Shown here piece by piece: positions 1-12,167 of a stretch of DNA of 64,000 nt. The stretch lies in the NCBI GenBank assembly GCA_964019425.1, contig OZ025794.1, positions 124,001-188,000 on the forward strand, read 5' to 3'. The first letter of the stretch is position 1. Each line of letters opens with the position of its first letter. The translations under genes were made by a program, and so were the position numbers. This stretch comes from Flectonema sp. DT1601. Taxonomy: Eukaryota. The notes under the pieces were generated by a model. It had not been told where the DNA came from, made no database searches, and worked only from the letters and a program-made list of their open reading frames with translations.

Positions 1-351
1 CTGTGTCTGTTCTGCTTTTCTATAGCAATTCCATGCTTCTTTCTCACTAGCAGCACTTAGTAGTAGGTTATCTTGTAGAAGTTTTGTTTTTTCGTTGTTG
101 TCTTTCGTCTGTCTTTGAAGTTCTTGTTGCTGTCCTCTCGCTTGATGAAATGCAATTTTTCTTTTACTTCCTATAAAACCTCTTAATTTCCAATAGTACG
201 GTAATAATAACAGAACGTGTGACATCTTACGTTGTGTCGATGCTCGCTGTCGTTGGTCGATTCTAAAATCACAAAGAGGTTGTCGTGGGGGTGGAACAGC
301 TCTCTTTGGGCTGACATCTCTACCAGCCCATTGACGATTCATACTTAACAT
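1..351 (-). CDS. 5' part of a hypothetical protein running off the window edge; probable in-frame 60-nt intron 171..230
   Basis: ATG at 351 follows ttccttcacAG; frame open to base 1 (MLSMNRQWAGRDVSPKRAVPPPRQ...QQQELQRQTKDNNEK...); GTAAG...TATAG at 230..171. Confidence 0.6.
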   Translation of the reverse strand, partial: MLSMNRQWAGRDVSPKRAVPPPRQPLCDFRIDQRQRASTQRKMSHVLLLLPYYWKLRGFIGSKRKIAFHQARGQQQELQRQTKDNNEKTKLLQDNLLLSAASEKEAWNCYRKAEQTQ

Positions 352-1015
352 GTTCTGTGAAGGAATTAAAAAATTTTAACTAAGTTGAAATTTTGCAGAG
401 ACTCCAACAAAGCAAAAGAATAAGAGTTTTTTTTTTTTTTTTGTTTTTTTTGTTTGCCCCTCTTGTTGAACATAACTAATGAATTAAACTACAACACAAG
501 TCTATTCTCGTTTGTTTGTTTTCTTTGTTAGTTTGTATTGTCTGTAATACAACACACTGCTGCTCGATATAAACGGTGGCAGCAACTCAAGGCGTTTCCA
601 ACAAATAAAAGAAAGGGAAACCCTACATACTACGGTCGCGCCCAAAACCGTGACCTTCTATTCCAGAGTACAATGTGTGTCAGGTGGCATGGCTGTTGCC
701 CGAGTAGACAGATAGCTGAAGTATATCAAAATAAAGCTAATCAGAAAAGCTGCCGCCCTCACCCCTCAACATGATTGACGAATAATCGCAAGCAGTTCTT
801 ATTCAGAACTACTGTGTGATCGAATAGTCAACGTAAACAGCCAATAGCCGCCTATAAAAAAAAAAAATAAAGAAAAATCATTTTCAAGGATAGTATGGGA
901 AGATAACAAAAACACAAAACAAAATATCGGCTCAGCTGTGCGCAAAAGAAAAAACAAGAAGGTATATAATAATATTATAAAACAGAAAGTACGCAAGCAG
1001 ACAAAACAGAGCTGA

Positions 1016-2454
1016 TCACTGCCAGAATGTGTCTGCCACGGCAGGAAGAAGTTGCGTATTGACAGCGATAGCTGATTCAGAGATGCAAGAAATATCCTGG
1101 TTTTTATTTAATTATTAATGTTGTCATCGTGTGTGTGTTGTCAACTTTGTTATAAAAAAACATAAGACTACATACCTGACAAAGAATAGTAATCACATCG
1201 TATGACTTATACTTATCAATATTATCACCAGTCGCGTCCATCGTTAGCTGGACAGTCGCTGGTACAAGTGGGACCTTAAATGTGCTGGCCTTAGCAGGTG
1301 TTACAGAACTACGGCAGTTAGGACACTGTGTTGGGGTTGTGTTGGAGTTGTGTTGTAACACATGTAGTGAATTTACAAAAAATAAAGATACACACCTCAC
1401 TAGCACCAGTGCCTCCATCTACACCTCGAAGAAGAGTTCTAAGGCAAAGGGAATGGAACTGTTTTGGTTTATTTTATTTTTTAAATTATTTCATTTTCAC
1501 AAAACCAATTCCCAACCAGTAGAGAAGTCATACCAAATGTCTACAAGGAGTCATGATTGGTGGTCCTCTATTCTCACAATCATACATCAGAGATTCCATA
1601 CAGATTGAACAACACGTATCAGAACAGTCTTCGAACTTAACACTCTCATAGTAGCCATGCCGTAGAGCTGGTCGGAGAAGATTGAGTTTACTTTGCTCTA
1701 ATACAACAATTACACCATACAATCCAGGAGTACCTCTTAACTGTAGTATATTATCAATAGGAACAGTTGTGTCTACGAGACCTTGAGCTCTAATTCTTTT
1801 TGTCTTACCATAAGGACATGATTTTATTCGTTTTCGCAACTGTCCTCTCGCCGTATGTATTAATAAGGTTACACACTGAGTACAAACATCAAGTCCTGAC
1901 TCATTCATTGTAAAAGTACCTCTATCTCGTTCACTATCAGTATTTATTGCTTGATAGGCTGAAGTGATTGAATCATTACCGCAGATAACACAGACATAGC
2001 TACTTTCAAAGTCGGGTACAGGAAGAGGATCTGTGTATTTTATTTTTATTAACTCATTAGAGGGTGAAGATATGAAGGTGCTGGTACTCTTTCTAATTGT
2101 TTTAGTTTCTTTAGCACCGAGAGTTGTTGATGATCCAACCTTAGGCCATGATTTAACTCGTTCTAACCAATTTCTAAGTAAAGATGTGTATTGTTGAAGA
2201 TTCAAGTGTCTTCCAACGAGAAGTATTTTCACTGCACTTTCTTGAGCTCTGTTCATTTGTTTTTCAGTACAAGTATCCATCATTTCACCTAATAAGGCTC
2301 GTAGTTTTGCTACAGTTTCCGCAACGCTTTCCACGGAGCTTCCGACATCTCCTGATACTCTTCGTGAGTTTTTTTCTCTATCAACTAATCGACGCATTAA
2401 CCAACTGAGTACATCATTGTGGGGTATCTTTGTTGTATCCACTGCATCAGTCAT
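1016..2454 (-). CDS. RING-finger protein (putative E3 ligase); exons 2454-1534, 1458-1396, 1325-1176, 1096-1016
   Basis: Removing two phase-0 GT-AG introns (1459..1533, 1326..1395) rebuilds a full RING: CSIC...PCRHL|FHSLC...|CPNCR. Third intron 1097..1175 and the last exon are less certain. Confidence 0.8.
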
Positions 2455-3445
2455 GTAGTATTTTCTGAGTTTTTTGAGAGATGAAAAAAATTAAATAAAC
2501 AGCCTGTCAAGGACATAAAGAATCTAAAAATTGTTAGAATCTGGTAGTTCACATCGCTATGCTGCGAACCTGCAGAGGTTAACCGTTAGAGCACTGTGTT
2601 GTATTATATTACGTAGCCTTTTGAAGGGGGATGAAATAATTCTTTTAATAAAGAAATCGAACATATCAACCGAAAGAGTAAGACATAACGGAATCAAAAA
2701 GAAAAATCGATTCCAGAGGGTGGGATGACTCCCCCCTCGTAAGTTAGAATTCAATAAAACAAACCAACCTCAAAGTTCGTAAGAATAGAAATAATATTTT
2801 TTAAAATCAACATTAACAAAAAAAAAAAAGAAAAAAGTGGGAAATTGTTTTATACCCATAGAGACGCATTTAGCAACAACAGAAAAAAAAAAAAAAAAAA
2901 AAAAAGGGACTCTTACTCGGATTGCAAGTCTTCTTGGGATGCAACAAGTCTCTAGTTGCTTTTTTTTTTTTTTTTTTTTGATGACATAAAGTACAAATAA
3001 GTACTACTTCTGTCCCTGTGCAAGTTTCCTACATGATTGCACGCACAACTACTGATCCTCACAGAGCAAACACCCATTTTTTTTGATAGTTTTTTTTCGT
3101 AAGAAATTAAAAAAAAACGGCGGTGGAGAAAAAAAAAATAAAATAAAAAAAAACACCTTAACTGCTCTCCAAGAGATAAAAAACAAGAGAAATATGAGTA
3201 GTTGGCAGTATTCATGGACTTTTTTAGCAGGAAGAAACAGCAGACCCCTGCGGGTTACTTGCTCATGAGAATGGAACACGAATAAATTAAAGTAATGAAC
3301 GTCTTTCCTTTTTTTTTGACCCCTTGAGACAGGATCAAAGAGAAAACTCACGCAGCGAATGAGTTTTTTGATGCAAATCATTATAGTAACGAGTGTCTTA
3401 CAAAATAGAAAAAGGGGGGTGAAAAATAAAATTAAAAACGAGAGT

Positions 3446-3544
3446 TTTTGTTTGTGCAGGAAACCGTGAACCGACTAAAACTGATAAAGCTAAAGGAGGT
3501 TTACGTGTGCTGCTAACATTCTTTTTCGTTCTTACAAAAAAAAA
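3446..3544 (+). repeat. Dispersed repeat family A, copy 1
   Basis: ccgtgaaccgactaaaactgataaagctaaaggaggtttacgtgtgctgc...ctttttcgttcttac + A tract, shared with 13891, 44491, 62290. Confidence 0.9.
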
Positions 3545-4327
3545 TTTCATCGCTCGGTTAAACAACATAATAATTTTTTTCGGAAAACTGGTTTTAACTT
3601 ATATATGACAAACAATCTTTTTTTTTTAATATTACGCATTACACAAAATAATAGTGTTAACTCTTCAGACAAAGACCTCTGTATATATGAACAAATTAGA
3701 AAAGTAAAATCATCTTAGAATCAGATAAGCAGGCAATGGAGAAGCTAGTGGGTTACGATGCCTGATAATATAATACAAAACAGCAACTTCTTCATACAGA
3801 CAGGAAAGACAGGAGCGCACGTCAGTGCCCTCAACATAGATCGAAGGCGAGACGCAAGTCTCTAACTGCGCAATTTAGTGCGCTCCTTCTTTTTTTTTTT
3901 AATTTCTCGATAATGCGAAACTCTTGATAGCAGAACAGCGGGGTGATCAGCGAGTAGTCCAAACCAAACTGATGATTGTCTGTTAAACGCTCGAGTCACT
4001 TAAATTACATTTTTTGAAGGTTTAATATTTTTTTATTTTTTTTTTTTTAGATAGAAAGTTTTGAAAAAAAAAAAAAAAAAAAAAAAGAGAGAGAGAAATA
4101 CTCTTTTGGGTTATTTTTTCGCTAAACACTGTACGTGTAACAACAACAACAACAACAACAAACAACCCTACCAGAAGACTTTTCTCGTATTAACAAAGTC
4201 TCAAAGTTAGATGAAGAAGGAAAAAAAAAACGATAATTTTGTTAGTCTGTACATAATGGCTCTAACGAGAGCTGATGAGGGTGGATATCTAAGTTGGCAT
4301 GTTCGTAATTATCTAATAATAAACAAC

Positions 4328-4912
4328 TCACACAACATTTGATGATGTGGTCGGTTTAGAAGCTGAAGAGGAATTGCTGCTATCTGAAGTGTCTGTTGAT
4401 TCAGAATATGATTTTACGTCAATTGTTTGTAAGGGATCGTCTTTCTCTTTCATAAACTGTGCGACAGGATTGTGAGAACTCTCCGGGTCATCCGTGAGTT
4501 GTACAGCTGTACCTGATGCCATGACCTGTTAGGTTTATGTTATTACTATTAGTTGGTATATTAATAAGAAATAAGGTTTAACACAAACCAAAATAAAAGT
4601 TCCAGTAAAAGGATCTGTCAACGCGGATGTTTGATATCGGAGTCTAAGAACTCCATTTGCATTTATTAAAGCAGCTTCATTCATCGCACGTCTCGTCGCT
4701 TCTGTGGCAGCTTCTTCCAGCAGTTCTGTGTAGGAGTAGAGTTCTCCACCAACTAATGACTTCATCCTACTAAGCACGTCAAGTCCAACATTTCTGCTTA
4801 GCACAGAATTTCCAACTACTACACCCAATTCCTTTGTTACTACGGTACCTTCTATGTAGTCTCTCGTTGTTGTTAATATTTTTGAGAGCAGCCGATTCGA
4901 CCGGCGGATCAT
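4328..4912 (-). CDS. YbjQ/UPF0145 family (putative heavy-metal-binding) protein; exons 4912-4589, 4525-4328
   Basis: LGVVVGNSV...KSLVGGELYSYTELLEEA...ANGVLRLRY; intron 4526..4588 joins IL|VMASGTAV, the family C-terminal motif. Confidence 0.85.
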
Positions 4913-5799
4913 ATTTATTTATTTTTTTTTTTGTTTCTTTTTTTTTTTTTGAGAGACTTGTGGGGGAATTAACAGAAACGATAAGTGTGGGTGAATGAGA
5001 TGTCTGAGTGCACTCGAATCTATCATTTTCTATTAGAATCTCCTGCTTTGAAGAAAATCATCACTTAATATTACTAAAGAGGTCTTACCCTTTTTTTTTT
5101 TGTTCACGTTTTCGTTTTTTTTTGACAACATGGATTACTGTAAAATTGTCCCCTTGTCTTGCCGATTTTTCTTTACTTACTTACTTTTTGGTGGGAAATC
5201 GAATGAAAACGACTACCAACTTGGGAGTCGCAAAAGCGCCAGGCATTTGTATTTGTGACGCAATGACCACATTCAGTGGATGTTATGACGAAAGGAAGAA
5301 GATACGTTCTCTGTTTTTCAGTTGTCCCACTCCGATGAGTTCCTCGGTAGGTGAGGAAAACATTTTTTTTTTCAACGAAAAACACAAATGCAGTTAAATA
5401 ATGTATCGTTCATCTTTCTTCAGTTATTTATTTATTTTTTATTTTTTATTTTTTTTTTTTTTGATCGACGTTTTCGCCTGTTTTCAACTGTAGCCTCACA
5501 AACAGGGTTCCGGTACTACTCTTACAAGGCCACAGTTCATCAGTCTCTCATTTTTTTTTTTTTTTTTTTCCCCAACGGAACCAAGGAAACACTTAGTTTC
5601 CCGGTATCCGTGTGATTTTTTTTTTTTTTTTTTTTCAATTTCTTTTCAAAAACAAAAAAAAGGGAGAGTGAAAAATGAACAACCGTGCAAAAAATAGAAA
5701 AAAAAAGAAAAGAAAAACCCTTATCACCCTTCTCGGGAGCATCAAGGTGGGATAGAAACCTCGGCCCGCACCAAGAAAAGTGTGAAAGAGAAAGGGGAG

Positions 5800-6354
5800 T
5801 TAGGCTGACGGAGGTGTTGACGGTGAGGGACGACAACGTTCAATGGCTGCAAGACGTCGTTCTCGAACTTTTTTACCAGAGCGAACTCCGCGTGTTCGAT
5901 GCTTACGTGGAGGTGTGTTCTTTTGTTGTGCAAGGCATAGTGATGCAACAGCAACAACTGCAGTAACCTCATCATCCTTTGTGAATGACTCGATTTGTAG
6001 TTCCCTCGAGAGCAAACATCTCAGGCAATGCTGTCTGTTTATATCATTATTCCATTCACATCTTTGACACAGCCATTCTTCTTCAACTGATTGTGGGGTT
6101 TCGACAACCAGGTTTTTCTTCTTTATTTGTATCCTCACCGCATCACACTGAAAGCACGTTTCATTTTCATACTTACTGTGATTGGTTGTTAAACAACTTC
6201 TACAAATCCAATCTGAGGCGCGTTGTGGCGAAGCAGCCGAGTCGATTGGAAGTTCAGAATAGTAAACCAAATCACATGGAAGTGGATCATCTGCCCAATT
6301 TTCAACAGGAGAAAAGATAGGTGTTGGTGGTAAGTTGTTAAGCAACTGGGTCAT
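5800..6354 (-). CDS. Protein with two RanBP2-type zinc fingers
   Basis: DWICRSC..N...TCFQC and EWLCQRCEWNN...HCLRC motifs; basic C-terminus. Confidence 0.8.
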   Translation of the reverse strand: MTQLLNNLPPTPIFSPVENWADDPLPCDLVYYSELPIDSAASPQRASDWICRSCLTTNHSKYENETCFQCDAVRIQIKKKNLVVETPQSVEEEWLCQRCEWNNDINRQHCLRCLLSRELQIESFTKDDEVTAVVAVASLCLAQQKNTPPRKHRTRGVRSGKKVRERRLAAIERCRPSPSTPPSA

Positions 6355-6994
6355 ACACGTGGAAACGACACCATTTTAGAGAATGGTGGAATGTCACGAG
6401 CGGAGAAGAAAATAACGGGAATGGGAATCTGTACCTGTTGAGGGAAATAATATATTTCCATTCATATGTCTGTCCAAATTTAAGCATGAGAACTGGTGGA
6501 AATGTGGAGGAGAAAAGAACGAGAATAGAAATCCGTACCTTCCACAACGCGCAACTATATTAGATGTATTTCTGTGAAAATCAAAAGTGATTTAACTTTT
6601 AAATCTTAATGCAAGAAAATAAATGCGTCACATGTTTCGCATACTAAAAAAAATAGTCTGTTGGAACACTAAAAAGAAAGAAAAAAAACAACTGAGTAAT
6701 GCGTTGAACGTCGAAAATAATCTTATGGTTGATCTTGTTGAACGCAGCAGTAAAGTCGAACGACAAGAACACTGATCTTCCCCATGTGATCTTTTTCCCT
6801 TTAGTGTGTGACTTCCCTTAACATGAAAATATGATGCAAAAAGTTGGCTTTTCGGGAACTGTTGTCTCGGGATTAGGGGGTTTTTTCCCCAAAAAAAAAA
6901 AAAAAAAAAAAAAAAATACCTCGAAGGCAAGGAAATCAGAACTATTTTTTATAAAAGTCTTTTGACTAAAGGGAAATGTACTTAGATAAACAAG

Positions 6995-7027
<33 letters not shown>

Positions 7028-7326
7028 CATGACTACTATAACAGCATTAAAAAGTATCCGTTTCGTACGCCACTTAATAACGATGCGCTGTCATGATTCT
7101 CTTATTTTTTTTTTTTTTTTTTTTTCCTTTCAGACAAACCACACATAAAAAAATAATAAAAAAATAAAAATCCCAGCAATCTACGTAAGGACAAGACGAG
7201 TTCTCAATTTTTTTTTTTTTTTTTTTTTCTTAAAATGAATAAAAAAGAAAAAGCGGCTATATTATATCATATTGGTACCAACTTCAAATCGGAAGAGCCG
7301 AACTCAAAAAGATGATTCTCAGAAAA

Positions 7327-7357
<31 letters not shown>

Positions 7358-7465
7358 CCCTCCTGCGAGGAGGGCTAACTGTTTTTGAACATACTTACAA
7401 TGATATAAATATCTGTATTGTATCAAAAAGGTAACTAATTTATTTGTTTTTAGTTAATTAATGAT

Positions 7466-7528
7466 ACATGTTGACATGTTGACATGTTGACATGTTGACA
7501 TGTTGACATGTTGACATGTTGACATGTT
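7466..7528. repeat. Perfect 8-bp tandem repeat (ACATGTTG) x ~8
   Basis: Directly visible. Confidence 0.95.
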
Positions 7529-8492
7529 CACGAAAGGGAGGGGGATGCTAATAACAATTTTTGAAAGAAAAAAGAAAAAAAAAACATAACTTCGAAAAAT
7601 TATCAGAGAATCTAATTTTTTATTCTTACATTTTTTTTTTTTTTAAAAAGTGAAATTCAAGAGAGGGAGGTAGACGCTCCAATAGACCCCGATAGCTCTT
7701 CCAGGGTCCCAAATAATACGGTAGATGGATGAACCTAATCCCAAGAGAATTATTTCATTCAGTTTCGGCACAACTTACCTTGGGCAAAAAAAAACAATCA
7801 TCCTTAAAAACAAAAAACAAAAGAAAATGACTTTCTCTGTTTTTTTTTTTCGAATTACAAAAAAAAAACAGTTTTTTCTTAAATGAAAACTGTTTCTTGA
7901 TCGAAAACCACAACAGCGACGTAGAAAACGTCACAGGAGAGAGAATGGAATAACAGTAATAAGATAGCCTACTACATCACAGGTTGCGTATCAAAACACC
8001 GAAAAGAACTCCACAAAACAATTAATTTCAAGTGTTGGTGACTTTTTACAGTTTGTTTTTAAAACCTGTATATGAGCCAAAAACAAAAATAAATTTCCCA
8101 TGTTTTATAAAAATCATTTGTTTTTTTTTTTTTTTCTTTCTTTTTTTTTTCCTTATTGCATGAAATGCGGAAAAGGGGGAAGGAAAAAAAAGGAAAAAAA
8201 AACACAAAAACACTGTCCAGTTCCGCAAGAGTGACTACAAAGGGAAAAAAAAAAAAAAAAAAACAGAAAAACCAAAACTGTAAGATCCAGATAAAGATAG
8301 ACGGTAGTTGTGCGAAACAACGAGAAACGTTCGACACGGAGCACACACACAAATCAAAAAGAGAATCAATGAAGAAAAAACATTTCACACAGAGGCTCAG
8401 ATATTCCCTCAATCAATTATTAAGAATTAAGAAAAAAAAATAACACAAAGAAGAAGAGAAAAAAGAAAACAAAAGCTAACTACATTCTAGCA

Positions 8493-11400
8493 TCACAGTT
8501 GCGTTCCCCACAAACTATTCTTCTGTTCCTGTGAGAGTGCTTCTTTGAGACCTTGACCGAATGCACGAGTGCATATTACAAGAAATGACAGGGTTAACAA
8601 ACGACAAAGAGCCGCAGCAGTAATTGTTAGTACCGTTGCGTGGTATGCTTCAGATAATCTATCTTTTAAAGTATGGCTTCCACTTATGTAAAGATGATAA
8701 ATCATTATGAACTGCAATACGAATATCCCAATAGAGAATACAACAAAACCTGACAACATCTTCCTATTCTCTCTCACCATCCATCTAATAGAAGATGGGA
8801 ATAAGTATAACGCCATCGCACTGAGGACACCAAGGACGACCTGTTAGTGTTGTTGTTGTTTTTGTTGTTTATATTTAGTTGAAAGCAAGAAAGAAACCAC
8901 CATACCCATTCAGTTGTCGTCTCAACGTACCAAAACCCAGCAACGATAGCAGAAAGACCAACAAACAAACAATCAGTCTTGGCAATTGCTGAGTAAATCT
9001 GAGCATTTTTATATAATCTTACAAGATGAGGACCACCACCAACACGAAAGCAAACGAGCGAATTGAAATTTGGTCCAATCAGCAGCGACGTGACAAAGTA
9101 TGTAATCTCAAAACACACTTCAATAATTGGAGGAACCAAAACTTGGAACATGTTTGCGTCTTTGGAGTAGTAAACGACGTTAAAGATATACCTCGCAGCT
9201 AACACTACCGTCAACATATTAAAGGCGATCAGCATTACAATATTCTCATAGAATATGGCCATGATTCCAAAAGCAGTTTGGAATACACTCGACAACACTA
9301 CCATCGCACTTATGAAATATCTAAACTTCTGATCGTTGTAAGCGTCTTCGTCAGTACAGTCATTGCAAGGTAATTGCGCGAATATAAAAACAAAAGGAAC
9401 TACGAATACTAAGTGTAAATGGCATAAGATTACCAGAGCTTTTTGAGTCTTTGCCCAAGAACGACCACCAATTGATTCCCAGTATTTTTTATACCATCCG
9501 ATGATGAATGAAAATGCGAGAGCAGGGTATCCGAAAATACTCTGCGCTGGTTTTGTTATCAGTGCAATGAAATTCTGGAGATCTTCAGGAAGTTGAGAAC
9601 GATCATGACCCTTCTCTGGGATGACTATATCATCACTGAGGTAGTCATCTCCAAGACTAACCAGTTCGTACTCGTCACCGAGGGATGAGATTGAGTCAGC
9701 TGGTTTATCATCATCGACAATATTACCTCTCATACTATCACGAATATACGCGAGTGTTTGCTCTTCTTGTTCTGGTGAAAGATGAATCGGAGCAGCTGCT
9801 GCTGCAAACATTTCACTACCTCCACTCGCAAGAGGATCTTCTTCCACATCCCCACCAAGTAACTGCGATGAATCTAATTCTTCACGAGTGACAGGCATCA
9901 CTTCAGGACTGCTGACAATCTCTTCTTCTTGTTGATGTTCTGGTTGTGGTGGATCAACTGTCGTATTCATTATTTCAGCTTCGTGTTTTGAAATTGAGGC
10001 TGCTGCTGCTTCAGCGATACCCAAACTGAATGGCTCTTCTTGAACAGGTTGTGGTTTAGATGCTTCATCAGAAAGAATAGAATGGTTGGATTGATGTGAT
10101 AAAGCGATTGCGTCATTCAAATCAATTTTAGTTTGAAGTTCCGTAGCGGAGGAATCAAGTGGAGGTGTTCTCACTGTAACTGGTACTGGTACTGGTACAG
10201 CAGGAATAGAATCTTCGACTGGTGTATTTGGTTTTGATTCTTTAGGAGATGGCTCACCAGAATCATCGTTGTGAGCTTGACGACGCTTTTTCCTGCGAAC
10301 GACCTTTACCTTTTTCTTTTTTGGAAGGATTCTCTCAACCTCAATGGCTGTATGACTTCTACCTTGTTGTCCACCACCACCACCGCCAGTTGGTTCAACA
10401 GCAGCAAGCAACGGAGTCCGTTCTGATTGTTGTTTAACTACTGGAGCTTGATCATACTCATAAGTTAGTACTTCTGAATATGTTGCAGCAATTCTACGAG
10501 TTGTTTCATCATTACAATGTTTAAGTTTCTGACCATCAAGCTTAATACCTTGTCCATTAATGTGATCTTTAAACAGTACTTGTAATATTGGCAGGTAGTC
10601 TAATCTATTTCCTAAGTGATTACCAAACAGAGATAACGACATCAACGATTGGTTTGTTGTCAATGCGTTCAAACCATCAAACGAATCAATACTATTATGA
10701 CTAAGATCAATAAGCATACATGACTTCACATAAGACCACGGAAAGTCAACTATTTGATTATATGAAAGGTCAATGTACGTCAGTCTAGGACATGCAGCCA
10801 ATGCTGCAGCTTTTGTTAATTTATTCTTCGCGGCAGATAAGTAAACGAGAGTTGATAAGTTTCCCAAACCATCAAGAGAAACGAGGTCGTTGTGATCTAA
10901 AATCATTCTCTCAAGTAAAGGAACTTTTTCAAAGCATTTTGGTAAAAATTCAATCGCGTTGTCGGAGAGGTCGAGGATGCGGAGGCGGAACCAATCAGTG
11001 TTTTCCATTTGTCTTCCGGGAGTGCCGATGATGATTTGCTGAATCTGCTCATCTCTTAAGAATGAATGGATTTCAATGATGCATAATGTCTTCGCCATTT
11101 CTCTGATTAACTTCCAATCAAAACTTTCAGTTTCAGTGATGCAAAGTTTCTCAACATTCTGAAACGGAGTTATATCTCCTGTGGTGTTTCTCAATAGAAG
11201 TTTTGTAATTCTGTCTGCATCGTTAATTGTATTCAATCTAATGTGATCAAGGTAGAGTTGATTACAATTTTTAAAGTAGTCGAGATCCAAGTGGATAAGT
11301 TCTTCAGTACCTCCAAGAGTCGCCACACCACTTGTTATTTCTAATTGTTTTGTTTTCATAACACATCTGAATAGTTTTGCCCATTTTTTTTCATCCTTTG

Positions 11401-11995
11401 CGGCTTTTGAATCGATCGTAAGTCTTTCTTTCATTGTTTTGTGTTTTTGTTTTTCACTATTCGCGTCTACAATTCTCATGAGGTCTTCTGCTCCACCAGG
11501 CCATGCTTCTCTTAGAAATCGAAGCATTCCAACTGATAAATCTAAAGTTTTTTTACCCTGAGAAAGATCATTTACAGATTCACCAGCTTTATCCATGAGT
11601 GCTTTTTTATTCATCGGAGCGTAACAGTTGAAATAGAGGCAGGAATACCATTTTTTGAAGAGAGCTTCATCTCTAATGCGGAGAGTGGTCACATCTGGTT
11701 TAGATGTTTCAACAGACTGGTAGTTGATGATCAGTTTAAAACAGTTTCCTCCATGTCTAAAACTTTGAGCAGAAACAGATTGGAGCTTATATAAAGGATG
11801 AAATTCAGTTGGTCGGGTTTGTCCAATGAACAGCATCGGACCTTCACACCAAACATAACGTTCTTCGTAATTTCCTGAGAATCCTCCTTTCAATTGTTCT
11901 AAGAATCCTTGTAGTGACTCTTCTCTGAGATCTTCGTCTATCTCATGTTCTTCAGATTGATTTTTAAGCAACTTATCCAGGAGGCGTTGCTTCAT
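8493..11995 (-). CDS. PH-like + leucine-rich repeat + C-terminal multi-pass membrane protein; exons 11995-8906, 8840-8493
   Basis: LRRs (LRILDLSDNAI, LTYIDLSYNQI, LMSLSLFGN), acidic linker, about 7-8 hydrophobic helices; phase-0 intron 8841..8905 (GTATGG...CTAACAG) joins the two ORFs. Confidence 0.85.
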
Positions 11996-12167
11996 GGTTT
12001 ATTATTATTATTATTATTATTTTTTATTTTCCCTATTGAAAAAATAAAATAAAAATAAGGGGAAAAGGAAAGGAAAGGGTAAACATAAGGAACTTATCAC
12101 AAATATATTCATTTAGTACAATATAATATAATAAGGTTAGGGTGTCGGTAAAAAGTTGAAAACTACA

